Shown here: positions 1 through 15,600 of the stretch, piece by piece
How the letters are laid out: every line of letters begins with the position of its first letter
How positions within the stretch are numbered: the first letter of the stretch is position 1
Assembly (NCBI GenBank): GCA_050613775.1
Contig: JBODTK010000001.1
Span: 1,922,001-1,986,000 of the forward strand
Direction: 5' to 3'
DNA length: 64,000 nt
Origin: Neocallimastix sp. 'constans'
Lineage: Eukaryota
Position numbers and translations under genes: made by a program
Notes under the pieces: generated by a model
The model's input: only the letters and a program-made list of their open reading frames with translations
Told to the model about the DNA's origin: nothing
The model's database searches: none

Positions 1-1041
1 ATAACTAAATAAATAAATAAATAGATAGATAAATAAATAAAAATTAAACTTAACTTTTTATATAAATATTGAATAATTATTGAATAATAAATAATAATAG
101 TGGAAAATGATTGATAATAAGGCTTTTAAATAAATCAAAAATTAATATGGTATGTTACTTTAGCCAATAAGATAGTAATAGTAAATAATGTAATACAATA
201 ATGCATAATATTATATAATAATAGAATCATAGAAATACAATATTCAATTAAAACATTTATTAAAAATTTTAAATTCTATTTGTATTGGATAAATTTATCT
301 ATTTTTTTTTTTTTTTTTTTTTAGATCCAGAAACCTTTTGTATGTACTATTTGATTTTTTAAATTATATAAAATTAATAAATTAATAAATTAATAAATTA
401 ATAAATAAATAATAAATAAATAATAAATAAATAAATAATAAATAAATAAATAAATAAACAAATAAACAAATAATAATTAAAGAATATTTTTATTAAATAT
501 TTTTATAATATTTAAAATTTCTATGGTAATTATCAAATAATAAATAGTTGTGTTTGACTAATTAAGTTTTACATTATTAGGAATAAAAACATATTAAATT
601 TTTTCGAAAAAAAAAAAACAAAAAAAAAATTTAATTAAACTAAATAACAAATAATTAATTAATAGTAAAAATAATTACTTCTTTTTCTAGTTAGTATAAT
701 GGTGGTTGTATTTAATAAAATTTTTTATTTATGTTAAAGATTTAATATTATTAATTATTTTTATCATATCCATATATTATTATTTGACTTTTATATTTCT
801 TAAGTAAAGATAAAATTTTTAAATTTTTTGTATAACGTATAACCAATAAAAATAAAATATAATTTTATTATAATATTTTACTTTAAATTTTAGTATATTA
901 CTATTATATTAAATTATAGAAAATGAAATAATATATATCATTTATAATAATTATTACAATTTGAAAAGTTTTGTAATATATTAAAATCGAAAATTTAAAA
1001 AACCTTTTTTGTTCTGTCGCTTTTTTTTTTTTTTTTTTTTC

Positions 1042-1081
<40 letters not shown>

Positions 1082-1470
1082 ATTTATATTTATTAAATAT
1101 ATATAATATAAAAATATAAAATTTAAATATATAATCTATTAATATATTTAAAAGTAAATTGAATTATCATTAAATTTTATAAATAACAATATATATATAT
1201 GTAATTTAATTAACATTTTATATATATTTTTTTATTTACAATTATATAATTATATCATATTTAAATTATATAAATTATTTTTTTGCTTATATATATAATA
1301 ATAAAAGGTATAAAATATACGTAAGATTTTATAAGTAGATTTAATACAAGTTGAATTAGAATATTAAATATTTTATTTCTATATGAGTTCAATACTAATC
1401 TATATATATAATATAATATAATATAATTTAATATTATAATTATAATAATAGTAAATATAAATATTTAGAA

Positions 1471-3183
1471 ATGGAAATATCAAGTGGATCAGATTACACC
1501 CGGTATATATTATTAATGAAAGAAAACTAAATTTTTTATTAAAAACTATAAACGTTTTTTTAGAGAATTGTTAATCAGTTTTAATTTTGTTTTACTGGAA
1601 AATTATATATAATTATATATATGGAAACAAATATAGTTTTATTATAATCAAATATATAAACAAGATAAAAAATAATATTTGTAAATAAACAAGAAAATTA
1701 TATAATCTAATAAAATAATGCAAAATATATAATAATTTAAAATAATATCAAATAAAAATGTTTAATAATCAAATATCAATTCAAATTAAAAGTTATAGTT
1801 TTAAAAATTAAATAATATAATAGTTATTTTAAACTTTATTAATAATTAATTAAATTAAGAAAAGTTAAAATTATATATATAATCAAAAATCAATTGTCAA
1901 AAAAGGAAGATAAACATAAGCCTTGGAGAAAATAAAAAGAATAATAAATATTATTATATTCAACATTTATATCTAAATCTTTAATTGTTAAAAAGTTAAA
2001 AAATCTGTTAAGAATAGTAAGTATACTATTCCTAAAGATTTTGTAATATAAAAAGATTAACATATGAAATAAAATGAAATGAAATATTGGAATGTATAAA
2101 TAATAAATATATTAAAGTATAAATATTCAAAAAATAAAAATATAATATTAGAAAAAAAAAAAAAAAACAATATGATTATTTTTATAAAATATTGTAAAAA
2201 CAAATTATTGAAAATTTAAATAAAATAATGATATATTAATGATATTTTGTAATTAAGAAACAGAATAAATATTTTAAAATTTATTTATATTAAAAATAGA
2301 AGTTCAATATTTTTAATATTTTTAAAATAATTATTAAGAGATTTAAATTATTAAGAAAGACATCTTTAATAATATATATGAATACAATCAAAGTTTTAAA
2401 AAAGAAAAAAATAATAAGAATACAAATACGATTTTCAAATATAATTAAATTATAGTAAAAAATGACTAACATATATAATTCCTTTTATTAAAAATTATAT
2501 ATATATTAAAATATTATTATATACTGTATTGGATTAAATTACAATATAGTTATTGGTTAGATTATTTCTTATCCATTCCAGGCCATGAAATATTTTGTGA
2601 AGTTGAAGAAAGTTATATTTTAGATAGATTTAATTTAACTGGTTTAAATACTGAGGTTGAACATTTCCATTATGCACTTCAATTAATTACCGATTCATTA
2701 GAAGAAGATATTGAAGATGAAAATTTACGTCATGAAATAGAAAAGTCAGCAGTTAAACTTTATGGTTTAATTCATGCACGTTACATTATTACTAATAGAG
2801 GATTAGCAAGAATGGTTGAAAAGTTCAGACGTGGCGATTTTGGTAAATGTCCACGTGTTCTTTGTCAACGTCAACATGTTTTACCTGTTGGTCTTACTGA
2901 TGTTCCATTCCAAAAATCTGTTCGTTTATATTGTCCGCGTTGTGAAGATGTATATTTCTCAAGTAACAAAAAACATAATTGTATCGATGGTGCTTTCTTT
3001 GGTACAACTTTCCCACATCTTTTACTTCAAGTTTATCCTCAATTTATTCCAATCAGAACTCAAGAGCGTTATGTTCCAAAAATTTTTGGTTTTAAGATTC
3101 ATGAAATTGCTGAACAACATAGAAAGCAAGATGAAATTTATAAAGAAAATGTGAAAAGAATAGAAGCTGCACCTGAAGAGTAA
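1471..3183 (+). CDS. Casein kinase II regulatory (beta) subunit; 2 exons (1471-1502, 2550-3183)
   Basis: Exon 1 MEISSGSDYT(R) ends at a GT donor; AG acceptor at 2548-2549. Then YWLDYFLSIPGHEIFCEVEESYILDRFNLTGL, LYGLIHARYI, zinc ribbon CPRVLC...CPRC, DGAFFGTTFPH and YVPKIFGFKIH, all CK2-beta hallmarks. Confidence 0.95.
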
Positions 3184-3279
3184 TTTATTTGTAGTAAATA
3201 GAAAAAAAAAAAAAAAAAAAAGATAAATACTTAATTAATAATAATTTATTAATTAAAACATATATTTATATATTAAAGA

Positions 3280-3316
<37 letters not shown>

Positions 3317-3760
3317 AAAATTAAGTATATATATATATAAAATTTGGAAATAATTAAAGTAATAATGCTAATTAAATAATAATAATATCAGAATATATTT
3401 TATTCATTATATAAAGGTTTTTTTTTTTTTTTTAAAAATTTAAAAAATTTCTTTGTTCGTTATATATATATAGAAGACATAAATTTGAGTTTTAATATAA
3501 AACTATTAATATATTTAATGAAAAAACAAAATTACCGAAAAAAAAAAAAAAAAAAAAAAAAACATATATATATATTAAAATATATTAATTAAAATAAATA
3601 CTATTTTATAATACAAATCCCACTATAGATTTTTGCAAATAACGAAATTTATACTTTTTATCTATATTTACTAATTTTAGTATACATAAAATTGAAATAA
3701 AAAAACTTTTTTTTTGTCCTATATATTTTATTTTATTTTTATTATAATATTTCTAATATT

Positions 3761-3828
<68 letters not shown>

Positions 3829-4350
3829 TAATAATTATTAATATAATAATAATAATAATAATAATAATAGGTATAAATACCACTTATTTCTTAAAATTTT
3901 AAAAAAATAATATGAAAATTAGATAAATAAACGTTAATTTTTAAAATTGTTTTGTTAATTTATTTTATTAATTTTATTTTTTATTTTTTATTTTTTATTT
4001 TTTATCTTTTATTTTTTTTCTATTGATTTTTGTTTTAATACATTAAATAATTTAAGCTAATTTTATAATTTCTATTTTAGAATTAATTTTAATTAATGAT
4101 CTTTCTATTGTTAGTGCTTATGGTTATTATAATTATAAATTAATTTTAGTCAATTATGATTACTATTTTTCTATTTTCTTTCATAATCATTTTCTTATTC
4201 TTTTGATTCAATCATTTTTTACTAAATAAATAAAAAAAAAAAAAAAACTTACTACTAAATATTATTTTATTATTAAGTTGAAATGAAAATAAATGAATGA
4301 AGAGAATTTTCATACATTTTTTTCTTTTCTTATTTTATTTATTTAATTTC

Positions 4351-6785
4351 TTAATGGTGGAAGAGACGGTAATTTGTGAAACATAAAGTCATGTTCTTGT
4401 TATTAGCTTCTTCAATAACAATTGGATCTTGTACAGAACCACTTGGAGCAGCAACATACTTAACACCACTTTGACTAGCACGTTGAATATTATCTGGGAA
4501 TGGGAAGAAAGCATCACTACTTACTACAACATCAGTGTTCTTGCTGATCCATTCCTTCTTTTCTTCAGCAGATAACATTTCTGGTTCAGTTTCGAAGCAT
4601 TGCTTCCATTGTTCTAAGTTATCAATTTGGTTAGTAATGTATTGGTCAATACAATTGGAACGTTCAGCACGCTTAACAGACTTCTTGAAATTGAAAGCAA
4701 GAATCTTTGGGTGGAAACGGCACCAAACATTATCAGCCTTGTCTCCTGCTAAACGAGTACAGTGAACACGACTTTGTTGTCCAGCACCAAGACCAACAAC
4801 CATACCATTCTTAGCGTAACAGACAGAATTGGATTGAGTGAATTTAAGAGCAATAGTTGCAACTATTAAATCACGAATAGCAGATTCTGGGAGATTCTTG
4901 TTGGCTGAGACAATGTTATTGAAAACGTCCTTAGTAATCTTTAAATTGTTTCTCTTTTGTTGTAAGTACATACCAAAGACTTGACGAGTTTCCATTTCTT
5001 CTGGTTCATAGTTTGGATCAATTTGTAAAATACAATATCTACCTCCCTTTTTCTTCTTTAAAACTTCTAATGCATCAGTATTGTAACCTGGAGCAATAAT
5101 ACCATCAGAAACTTCACGAGAGATAATCTTAGCAGTAGCTAAATCACATGGATCAGAAAGAGCAATCCAATCACCAAATGAAGACATACGATCAGCACCA
5201 CGAGCTCGAGCGTAAGCACAAGCTAATGGGGTTAATGGAACAGTGAGATCGTTAACCATGAAAACCTTGGCTTCGTCTTCAGTTAAAGGAATACCAACAG
5301 CAGCTCCAGCTGGAGAAACATGCTTGAAAGAAGCAGCAGCTGGGAGACCAAGTGCTTCCTTTAATTCTTTAACTAATGGGTAAGAATTGAAAGCATCTAA
5401 AAGATTAATGTAACCTGGACTACCAGCTAAAACCTTGAATGGAAGTTCAGATTTTGTTGTGAAAACACAAGCTGGCTTTTGGTATGGGTTAGCACCATAA
5501 CGGAGTTCTAATCTAGAAACACCTTCAGAATATTGTTTTCTGAAGTATCCAGAAATAGCAGTATCGTATTCAGCAGTGTGTGAGAAAGCCTTAACAGCGA
5601 ATTTGTTTCTAAGTTCTTGTGAGACAGTAGCCTTACCAGTTTCTTTGTAATTCTTTTTTAATTCAGTAAGGAATTCTTGGTAATCGTTTGGATCACAAAG
5701 AATAGTGACACGAGCGTGATTCTTGGCTGCAGCACGAAGAAGAGTAACACCACCTTTTTTATTTTATTTATCAAAATTCAATACATTTATTAATTTTCAT
5801 TTTTATTTAATAACTTAATAAACTAATTAATTTAAATTTTGACAATTATTATAACATAAATAATGAATAATATTTTTAAATATTTACCAATATCAACTTC
5901 TTCAACAGCTTCTGGAATAGTCACATCAGGTCTAGCAATACATTTTTGGAATGGATAAAGGTTACAAGCAACGAAATCAATCATATTGTATCCTCTGTTC
6001 TTCATTTCTTCGATATCAGCTTCAATTTCTCTTGCTAAGATACCTATTTATCAATTTATAATATTATTAAATTATATTAATATATATACTTTCACTTTTT
6101 TATAAAATAATTTTTAATTTCAAAATATATGTAAATTTACCTCCGTGAACTGCTGGATGGAGAGTTTTAACACGTCCACCTAACATTTCCGGGGCCTTAG
6201 TAATATCAGCAACATCACTTATTGTTACAATAATATACAAATTATATAATTTATAGTATAATGGAATAATTTTATTTCAGGAATAAAAATTTATATATTG
6301 TTAATTAGAAAATACATTTATATTATATTTTAATTAATCTTTTTTAAATAATTTTTAAATTAAAATTTATTTGATTTATTCATGAAATAAATCATTTACA
6401 TGACTGGAAGACCAGCTTCACGAATGGCTTTAGATGTACCACCAGAAGCAACTAAAGTAACACCAACTTCATTTAAACCTTTGGCTAAGTCTATAAGACC
6501 AGTTTTATCAGATAATGAAAGAAGGGCTATTTTTCATATTTATTTAATTGTTTTAAATAATTATCATTATTAATATATATTAATCATTTCATTTAAAATT
6601 TATAAATAAAATATTTATTAATTTTTTTTTTTTTTTTTTTGTGCTTATTACTAATATTAAAATTATTATTATAATTATTTATTCTTAGTATTTCTAATTT
6701 TAAACATTTCATATATTTTATATTCATAATTGAAATTTTAATATTTAAAACTAATAATTAATATTTTACCGTATCTAGTATTCAT
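4351..6785 (-). CDS. ADE17: Bifunctional AICAR transformylase / IMP cyclohydrolase (PurH, Ade16/Ade17 family), 5 exons
   Basis: Spliced start [16 protein letters not shown], then [69 protein letters not shown] and a C-terminal RLFHH. Confidence 0.96.
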
Positions 6786-7721
6786 TTTAAATATTTAATA
6801 TTTAGTATGTATAATTCGTAGTGTAAAAAAAAAAAAAAAAAAAGGAAAAATATATATAGGAAAAAAGTAATTATTGAAAAAATTTTAAAAAGCTAAACCA
6901 ATCGTTTTTAAGATATATATATATTTATTGAATTATATTATTATATATATTAAATTATCGATTAGTGATTTTATGTTAAAAATAATATATATTATAAATA
7001 ATCAAAATAAATTAAATATTAGAATTATTTTAAAAAAAAGTAAAAAAAGATGAAAAATTTAAAAAAAAAAGAAGTCATTTATCCATCAATTTTTTACAAT
7101 AATCTTCTTATTTAAGATTTAAGTATTAATAATTTTACTACATATTTTTTATTTTCATAATTTAGAATCACATGACTATTTATTAAATATGTTGTTTTAA
7201 ATATTAATAATAATAAAAATTAGTAAAAAATTTCATTCAAAGTAAATTAAAAATAAATTATAAACAAAAAATGAATAAGATAATAATACAGCTAAATAAC
7301 AATACTTTAAATAATAAATATATTAATTGAATATTTTTATTACTATCACTAAGAAAATAAATCAATAAAATTATTATTCAAAAATATAAAAAAAAGAAAA
7401 CGAAAAAAGAAAATTAGAAATATAAAATAAAATAAAATATTAAGGAAATTAACTTTATTATCAATCTTTATTAATTATATTTATTAATAATATTTTTAAT
7501 TTTATAAAATTTAAATTTTAAATTTAAAAAATTAAATTTCAAATTAAAATTTTATTTATATATTTGAAATGTTTTTAATTTAATATTAAAAAATAAAAAT
7601 AAAAATAAAAATAAAAATAAAAATAAATCAATAATATAAAAAAATACTTCAAAAATAAAATATAAGATAAAATAAAAATAATTATAAATAAAAGATAAAT
7701 AATAATTTTTTTTTAATAAGA

Positions 7722-10700
7722 ATGATAATTAAAATTTTTATTACCTTACTTAATCTATTATTAGGTATACTAAATAAAGATACAATCTGTATTAAATTAA
7801 AATATTGTTTTGTTTAATTATTAAAATTAAGATTATTTCATTTAATTAATAGTATATATATACGTATTATAAATATTGTTATATGTTATTATAAAATAAC
7901 TGTTAATTAAATTGAAAATAGTATCATGTAGTCAACAATGGTTAACTCCTATAATAAACCAACGTGTTGGAAATACAGTGTTTCCAAGATTTTTAAATTC
8001 AACTTCTGAAATTGGTGGCAATTGTAAATTAAAATTATTTTAAATATATAATGAATATTATGAATATTAAGGTTTCAAATTAATTTTATTTTAATTAATA
8101 ATCATAATATAGCTGCAAAATCTATTTCAGCATTAATGTATAAAATTGAAACTGAAAAAGAATTTGAAGAATTTAAAAATTCAAAATCAGTAGTTAAATA
8201 TGCTGTTATTCTACCATCAGCACTTGTTAATAAGTAGATTTCTAATATAAATATTTCTATTACGAAAAGACAAATTTTTTTACTAAATAAAATTTATAAC
8301 ATTTAAGAAAGAATTTAAAAGAATTAGAAGAAACAAAAAAAGTAGCTGGAATAATTGTTTTGTATAATGATAGATATAATGATTCTGAAAAAATAAAATA
8401 TTCACCAGATAAGGAATGCCCGAATTGTGAATTTGGATTGGTATATATAAATATAAAATAAACAATAACTATAAAAATTCATTTACTCATAAATTCATTT
8501 TGATATCAATTTAAAAATATACAAAGTATACAGAAGGAGAAAGAGCAAATCATAAATGGAATACATATGTACATTATTTTATAACATATAAATATAAATT
8601 ATATATTCAAATAGTATAAATTATTAATGTATATATATATATATATTAAAAAAATACTTATAAATAATTTAAAAGGGTGATGGATTATTATATGAAAATT
8701 TTAATTTTCCAATTTTTGGAATGGTAAATTCTACAGACTCTAACGGAGTAGACGCTGTGAATGAAGTATATATATATATTAATTTAGCATAATAAATATT
8801 AATAAGTATTAATAAGCAATAATAAATATATATTTAAAACGTAATAAAAAGGCTTCTGCATACAATAAACTTAAAGAATATAAAAAATACCCATTATATT
8901 CAATAAAATTTGATTCATTTATGTATGCTTCAAAGGATTCAGCAACATGTTTATCAAGAGGTTTTTATTATAAAATTATATAAATATATTTAAATTTATA
9001 AATTATAATAAAATACTAAAATAAGAATAACAATTTTATAAGGTCATTGCGATCCTATTGGTGGAAATTCTGTATGGAGTACTTTTTCAAATGCAATTGA
9101 TTCTAATGATGGAAAAAAAATTATAATAGTTTCATCACAATTAGATGGAAATAGTTTGTTCCATGAATATACATCTGGTGTAAATAGTCAAATCGGTGGA
9201 ACTGTCGCAAATTTAGCTATAGCAGATGCATTATCAAAAGTAATTGTAACAAATTAAACTTAAAAATTATAATAAATATTTATTTAGTAGGAATTTTTAA
9301 TAATTAATATATATATATATATATATAAATAATATAGTCACCTATAGCACCAGAGCAATTCAAAAATCATATTGTATTTACATTTTTTAGTGGCGAATCT
9401 TATGGATATAGTGGTTCACAACGATTTGTACAAGATATTTCATCTTTTGAATGTAAAAAAGGAAATACTGAAAAAACAGAGAGTTGCCCAAAATTAGCAG
9501 CATGCCAAGATCCATGTATGTTTGTTGATGATTTTAAAAATATCACTTTAAATAATATTAAAGGAATTATTGAACTAAATCAATTAACATGTAGTGGATG
9601 TACTGAACTTGATTATTTTATGCATATTGACGACGAAACTGATACTGAAACTTTAAAAATAACAGATTTAATAACAAAAGTTTTTAATGAATATGGTAAT
9701 TCTGATATATCTTCAGGAGACAAGAATGAAGATAAAAAAGAGGAAAAAGCTAGTAAAGATAATAATGAAAAAAATAATATGAAGCGTCAATCATCTTCTT
9801 CATATAAAATTAGTCCTGCATGGGATGATAAAAATTATGGGTTACCACCTGCAAGTTCACAATCTTTTTTAAAAAAGAAAAAAATACCTGCAGTAGTAAT
9901 AAGTGATTTTAAAGATGAATTTACAAATCCGTAAGAAAAAATTTTTTGAATAAATATATATATATATTAATAGTAGTAATACTTTATTTATATTATTTAA
10001 ATTTCATAGTTATTATCATAGCATGTTTGATGTAGCTGTTAATACTACTATATATGATGACACTGTATGTAGAACAGCGGATATTATAGCAAAAGCAATC
10101 TGGTTATATGCACAAGATAAATTTACTGATGATGATATCAAATCAGTTCCAAAAGATATTAAAGCAGATTGTCAATATGTAATATAATGAATAGAATTAA
10201 TTATATATATATGATAATTTACTTTATATTAATATTTTTGTAAATATGAAATAACACTTATTCATATTATGTATCTTAAATATAGGTTAATAATTTAATG
10301 CATTGTCTTTCTAATGATTTAAGATGTGATTTAGCGACTAAATTATTGAATTCCAATATGAAAAATTCCAAATATAGTAATGATCTTTTAATTTAATTAA
10401 AATCATTTTAATAGTAAAATTATATGGAAGTTATATATATGAATATTAATTTTTATTTAACGTTAGATGAAAAGGTTAAAGAATATAGTCATTATACAGG
10501 TGTTTTTAATTTATTTTCATTTAATGGTGCTATTAATCGAAATTATAATTTTGATACTTGGCTAGCAAATTTCGCAATTTTAAAATCTACTGGATATAAT
10601 ACAACTACTCCATGTGAGCACATTGACAATTGTACCACAACTCTTGAAGTAATATATTTATTAAATATTATTAAATTTAAAATAATTAATTAATTATTTT

Positions 10701-11249
10701 AACATTATTATAGTATCCAAATTTTAATTCTTTAGATAAAGAAACTAAGGAAAAAATCAATGAAACGCCGTACTCATTAAGAAATTATCAATGTGTTAGT
10801 GGTTACTGTATAAAAGGTAGAGTTTATTCTCATCCTGCATATGGTATTGGTTTGGATTTCGATTCTGAAGAAGAAGTATTTAAAGTAAAAGATAAGACAC
10901 AATCAACATGGACTGAAAGCAAGTTAGTATATTTAATACCCTTAATGTTATAATTGATTTCTTCCTCTTAATTATTATTAATAAATATTATATTTTTAAA
11001 AATTATTTTATATATCTTAATATTATTTAACATAATCATAATACTTTATTACTATTATATTTAATCTTAAAACTTATAATAATGTTATTTTTTATTAGAT
11101 GGGATGAAAATTCTTTGACAATTTTCATAACAACATCAAAAACATCACAGTATATTGAATTATTTATAGGATTTTTATTCGTAGGATTAACTATTGTTGG
11201 TTATTACATTATTAAAAACTATGCCAAAAAGAATATTAAAATATCATAA
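7722..11249 (+). CDS. Nicastrin-like type I membrane protein (gamma-secretase subunit), multi-exon
   Basis: Signal peptide-like start MIIKIFITLLNLLL. Exons encode VFPRFLNSTSEIG, YSPDKECPNCEFGL, WNTYGDGLLYENFNFPIF, FMYASKDSATCLSRGHCDPIGGNSVWS, QLDGNSLF, FFSGESYGYSGSQRFVQDI (DYIGS-region equivalent), LPPASSQSFL and TWTESKW, followed by one TM helix and a short basic tail. These are collinear with remembered animal nicastrin motifs. Confidence 0.9.
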
Positions 11250-11878
11250 TTTATAATATAATTATTTTAGTAAACAAACATTTTTTATAGTCATTAAAAA
11301 TAATGTTGTATAAATATATATATACATTTTAATTATCGTTATAAAAAATAATATTTTATTAATAAATAATATAGTAATAAATATAATAAATATATAATAA
11401 AAATTAAATAAAAATATATTTAAATTTATTTATTTATTACTTTTTTTTTTTTTTATACTTATTAAGTTGTTTTGTTCTTTAGAGGTATGCTATTTTAAAT
11501 ATTGATATATATATATATATTTTTTGAACATTAAAGCAGAATATTTTAATATTAACATTAAAAATGTTAAGTTTTAATCATTGGTAAAAATTATCTTTTT
11601 TATTAATGAAATACATGGATTTTATTTATAACTAATTTATATACATCTATGTTTAAATAAATTTTAATCAAATATTTCACCTTTTTTTTATTAATTATAA
11701 ATAATGTACTATATATATAATGAACATAAAATAATTATAAACTAAGGGATAATGAAATATTAAGAATCTTTTAAAATTAAAATAAAACTAATATTTACAA
11801 AGATGAATCTCATTATTTTCTTTAAGTAACAAATACCAAAAAAAAAATAAAAAAATAAAAAAATAAATAAATAAATAA

Positions 11879-11929
<51 letters not shown>

Positions 11930-12375
11930 AACAAAAAGAATAATAAAAATATAATAAAAATAATAATAAGAAAACAAAATATAAAATTTATTACTTATAT
12001 AGATATATTAGTATTCTATATATATTTTTGATTATTTATATTTATTTATATTTTATTTAATTGCATTTTGCTATTATTAAAGATATTTATTTTAATTATA
12101 TTAAAACATACATTTTAATTAATTAATTAATTAATTATTATTTATAAAATTATAATATTAGTTTTTATTATTATTATTATTATTATTATGATTATTTTCT
12201 AATTTATTTTTATTTTTATTATAATTATTATTATTATTATTATTATTTTTTTTTTTTTTTTTCTTTTCTTTTCTTTTCTTTTTCTTTTTCTTTTCTTTTC
12301 TTTTTATTTTTATTTTTATTTTTTAATATCTTTTAATATTTTTATTAATTATATTACTATTTATTTATTCTTTAA

Positions 12376-12409
<34 letters not shown>

Positions 12410-12634
12410 TTAATTTTTATAATTAAACAATTCTTTTGAGATAATTTTTTATCACTTTATTAATTAATATCAAATCTATAATTATTTCTTTGTTAGCAAT
12501 TTCTTTTTATATCCTATAAAAAATATAATATTTAAATTAATATATATATTTGAAATATAATAAAATTATATATTATAACTTTATATTTACCATTTCTTTA
12601 ATATTTTCTTTTCTTTAATATTTTCTTTTCTTTA

Positions 12635-12681
<47 letters not shown>

Positions 12682-12694
12682 ATGAATTAAAAGC

Positions 12695-15600
12695 TTATGA
12701 AGAGTATTTAGAAAGCTATAAATAAAAAATAATTAAATAATTTTTTAATAAATATGATTTATATGATTATATCTAATTTATGAATATATATATATATATA
12801 TAATTTACTTGTTCTCTTAAATGGGAAAGGAATTGTGGATATGAAAGTTCATTATCTAATTTATCTTCAACCATATGAGAAATAAACCAACCTCTATTAT
12901 TATCATCTTCTTTCACAATATAAACGTATGGCATATTATTGTAAGATATTAAACGACTCTTACGTATGTACTCTATAATATTATTTATACGGGTAGCATA
13001 ATCATTATTTGGAGCTGGTAAAGTAGTCTACATATACATATAAAAATAAATTTTAATTTTATTAAATCATTAATTTTATTTATTATTTATTATAAATCTA
13101 TTGTATACCTTTCCAGATTGAATGGCTTCATATGGTTTTTGGAATAACGCATTGACTAATTCTGGGTTAGATCCACGAGATAACCAAATAATAATATGCT
13201 GAGAATTATCAAGTAAATAAATACCATCTTGAGTCATTCTTTGCATTGATAAATTAATTCTTGGTGGCATATAAACTTGTGAAGTATTTGGAATAGGTAA
13301 TCCAGTCTATTAATATTGTAAATTTTTTAACATAAAAAATTAATAAAATAAAAATTTAGTTAATTAGAAAGAAAAATATCAATAAACAAAATTTATTAAT
13401 TAAATATATAAACTAACATTAGCATCTAATATGTGAATAGCATATAATTTACTGTAAATGTAAGCTAATGAATTTTCTATTGGAGATCCATAAAGTACAG
13501 ATAATGCAAATGAACGAATATCTGATGGAATGTTACCACGACGGAATGCAATCTGAAATTTTAAATGAAAATTAATTTTAAATATAATATAATATTTAGT
13601 AACAATTTTATATTTTAAATAAACGAATAGATTTTAATCAAAGAATTATTTTTTAATAAATGAATTGATTTTATATAAATTAATAGATTTTAATTGAAGA
13701 ATAATTTTTATATAAATTAATAGTTCCTTACATTCTTTAACAATGCTTGAATTAAAACTGGTAATAATGCAAGATTTTCAATAATTAAAAGCTGTGATGC
13801 TTGTCCAGATGAAGTAAATGCTTGCTTATATGCACCCATAATATCAACACAAGTACTAATAATTAAATTACGAGCATCTTCTAATTTATCTGTAATAGTT
13901 CTGTTAACAGCTATTTTTCCATTTATATCAATTTAATTATATTTTTTATACAAATATATATCATTACATTTATATTATATAAATTATTATAGTTATTAAT
14001 AATAATATTTTTAATAATATTTAAATAATTAATAAAAATATTATTTTAATTACCCTTCTTTGCTGTAAGAACAGCAATAGCTCTTGGATCAGCATTAGCA
14101 AAAACTTCAGTTAAATTATTTGTAACAGGAATAACATTAGTGACAACACGAATACGTCTTTCACCTACAACAGAAAAATATAAAATATTAGAAATGAAAA
14201 ATTATAATAAAAATTTTTAATTAATTTTAAATAACATTTACCATTGTTACTAGTATGTAAAACAGCAGCTTGGAAACTAATAAACTGTTCACTAGTGAGA
14301 TCCTTATCAATAGAAGCTTCTAGAGCATAACAATTATCTGGATTTACATTTGGAAGTTGAATCAAATCAGTTGCCAATAGGAAGAAGTTACCATAGAAAC
14401 CTTTAATTGAAATACCTCTGGTAGATCTAATTCTTAAAACGGCTTCAAAACCAACCTTCTTGCTTAAGAATCTATTTAATTCAGATGAGAATTTCGAGGC
14501 ATCTTCAACACGACTTGCATCAAATCCTGGATAGAAATAAATAGAACCTCCAGTAAATCTTGGCAATGTAGCTATTTTATTAATCAATAATATTCATAAG
14601 TATTTAACATAACAATTAAAAAATAAATTTAAAATTATTCAAAATTATTATAAATTATTATTATTATTATCTAAAAATTTCATACATATAGTAGCAACAT
14701 CTGTATATTGTCCACTAAAAACAAACATATCAACAGAAATTTGTCTTTTTGAACATTCAAGAGCAAAGTCTTTATACCAATTATCAGCTGGTTGTAACAA
14801 AGTACTTTCCTAATTTAATATTAAATTGAAAATTATTAAATAAAATGTAGTTTAATTGTAAATTCTATGATATTAATAAATTTTCTATATAAGAAAAAAT
14901 TCCTAACCTTCGAGGTATTGTAAAGAGTTGGATCTTCGCGTTTCTTCAAAGAATTTTTACCACAATTTGGAATATTTGATTGTAATACAGCAATTTTACC
15001 TCCAATTGGGCCCTAAAGATTTAATTTTAAATTAATATCTAAATTCAAAAAATTAAAAATTAATATTTTATTTTACTTACTAAAATCTTGTGTGCAGCTG
15101 TCAATGCAGCTGGTAAAGCACTACTAACATTTTGAGTATTTTTATGCATACTTCCTAATTTATTTAAGAAACTTTCAATTACTGCACGTGATTCCTTCAA
15201 ATTAACAAGTAAATCATCCGGCGCTGGAATGAAAATATCATCAAGATCTGAAACAACAAGCATTTGTGGTTCGGTTAAATTTGACTATTATTATGTAACA
15301 TAATTTAATCATTTCATTTAAATAATAATATTATTAATTTTAATATTAATCCCTCAAACAACATTTTAATTTTTTCAATGAATATAATATCTTACATTTA
15401 AGTTATAGAAATGTAAAGTACTATCATAAGTAATAAAACCAATCTTTGTTCTATTGTCATAATTTGGAATACTGTCTAATGTACTTAAAATTGTACGTGC
15501 AGCAGTTGCAACCATTCCTATTCAAAATTTAATTAATATATTAATTATTTACATTTCATTATAACATTAATATTATTTATAACAATTTACCTGATTGTAT

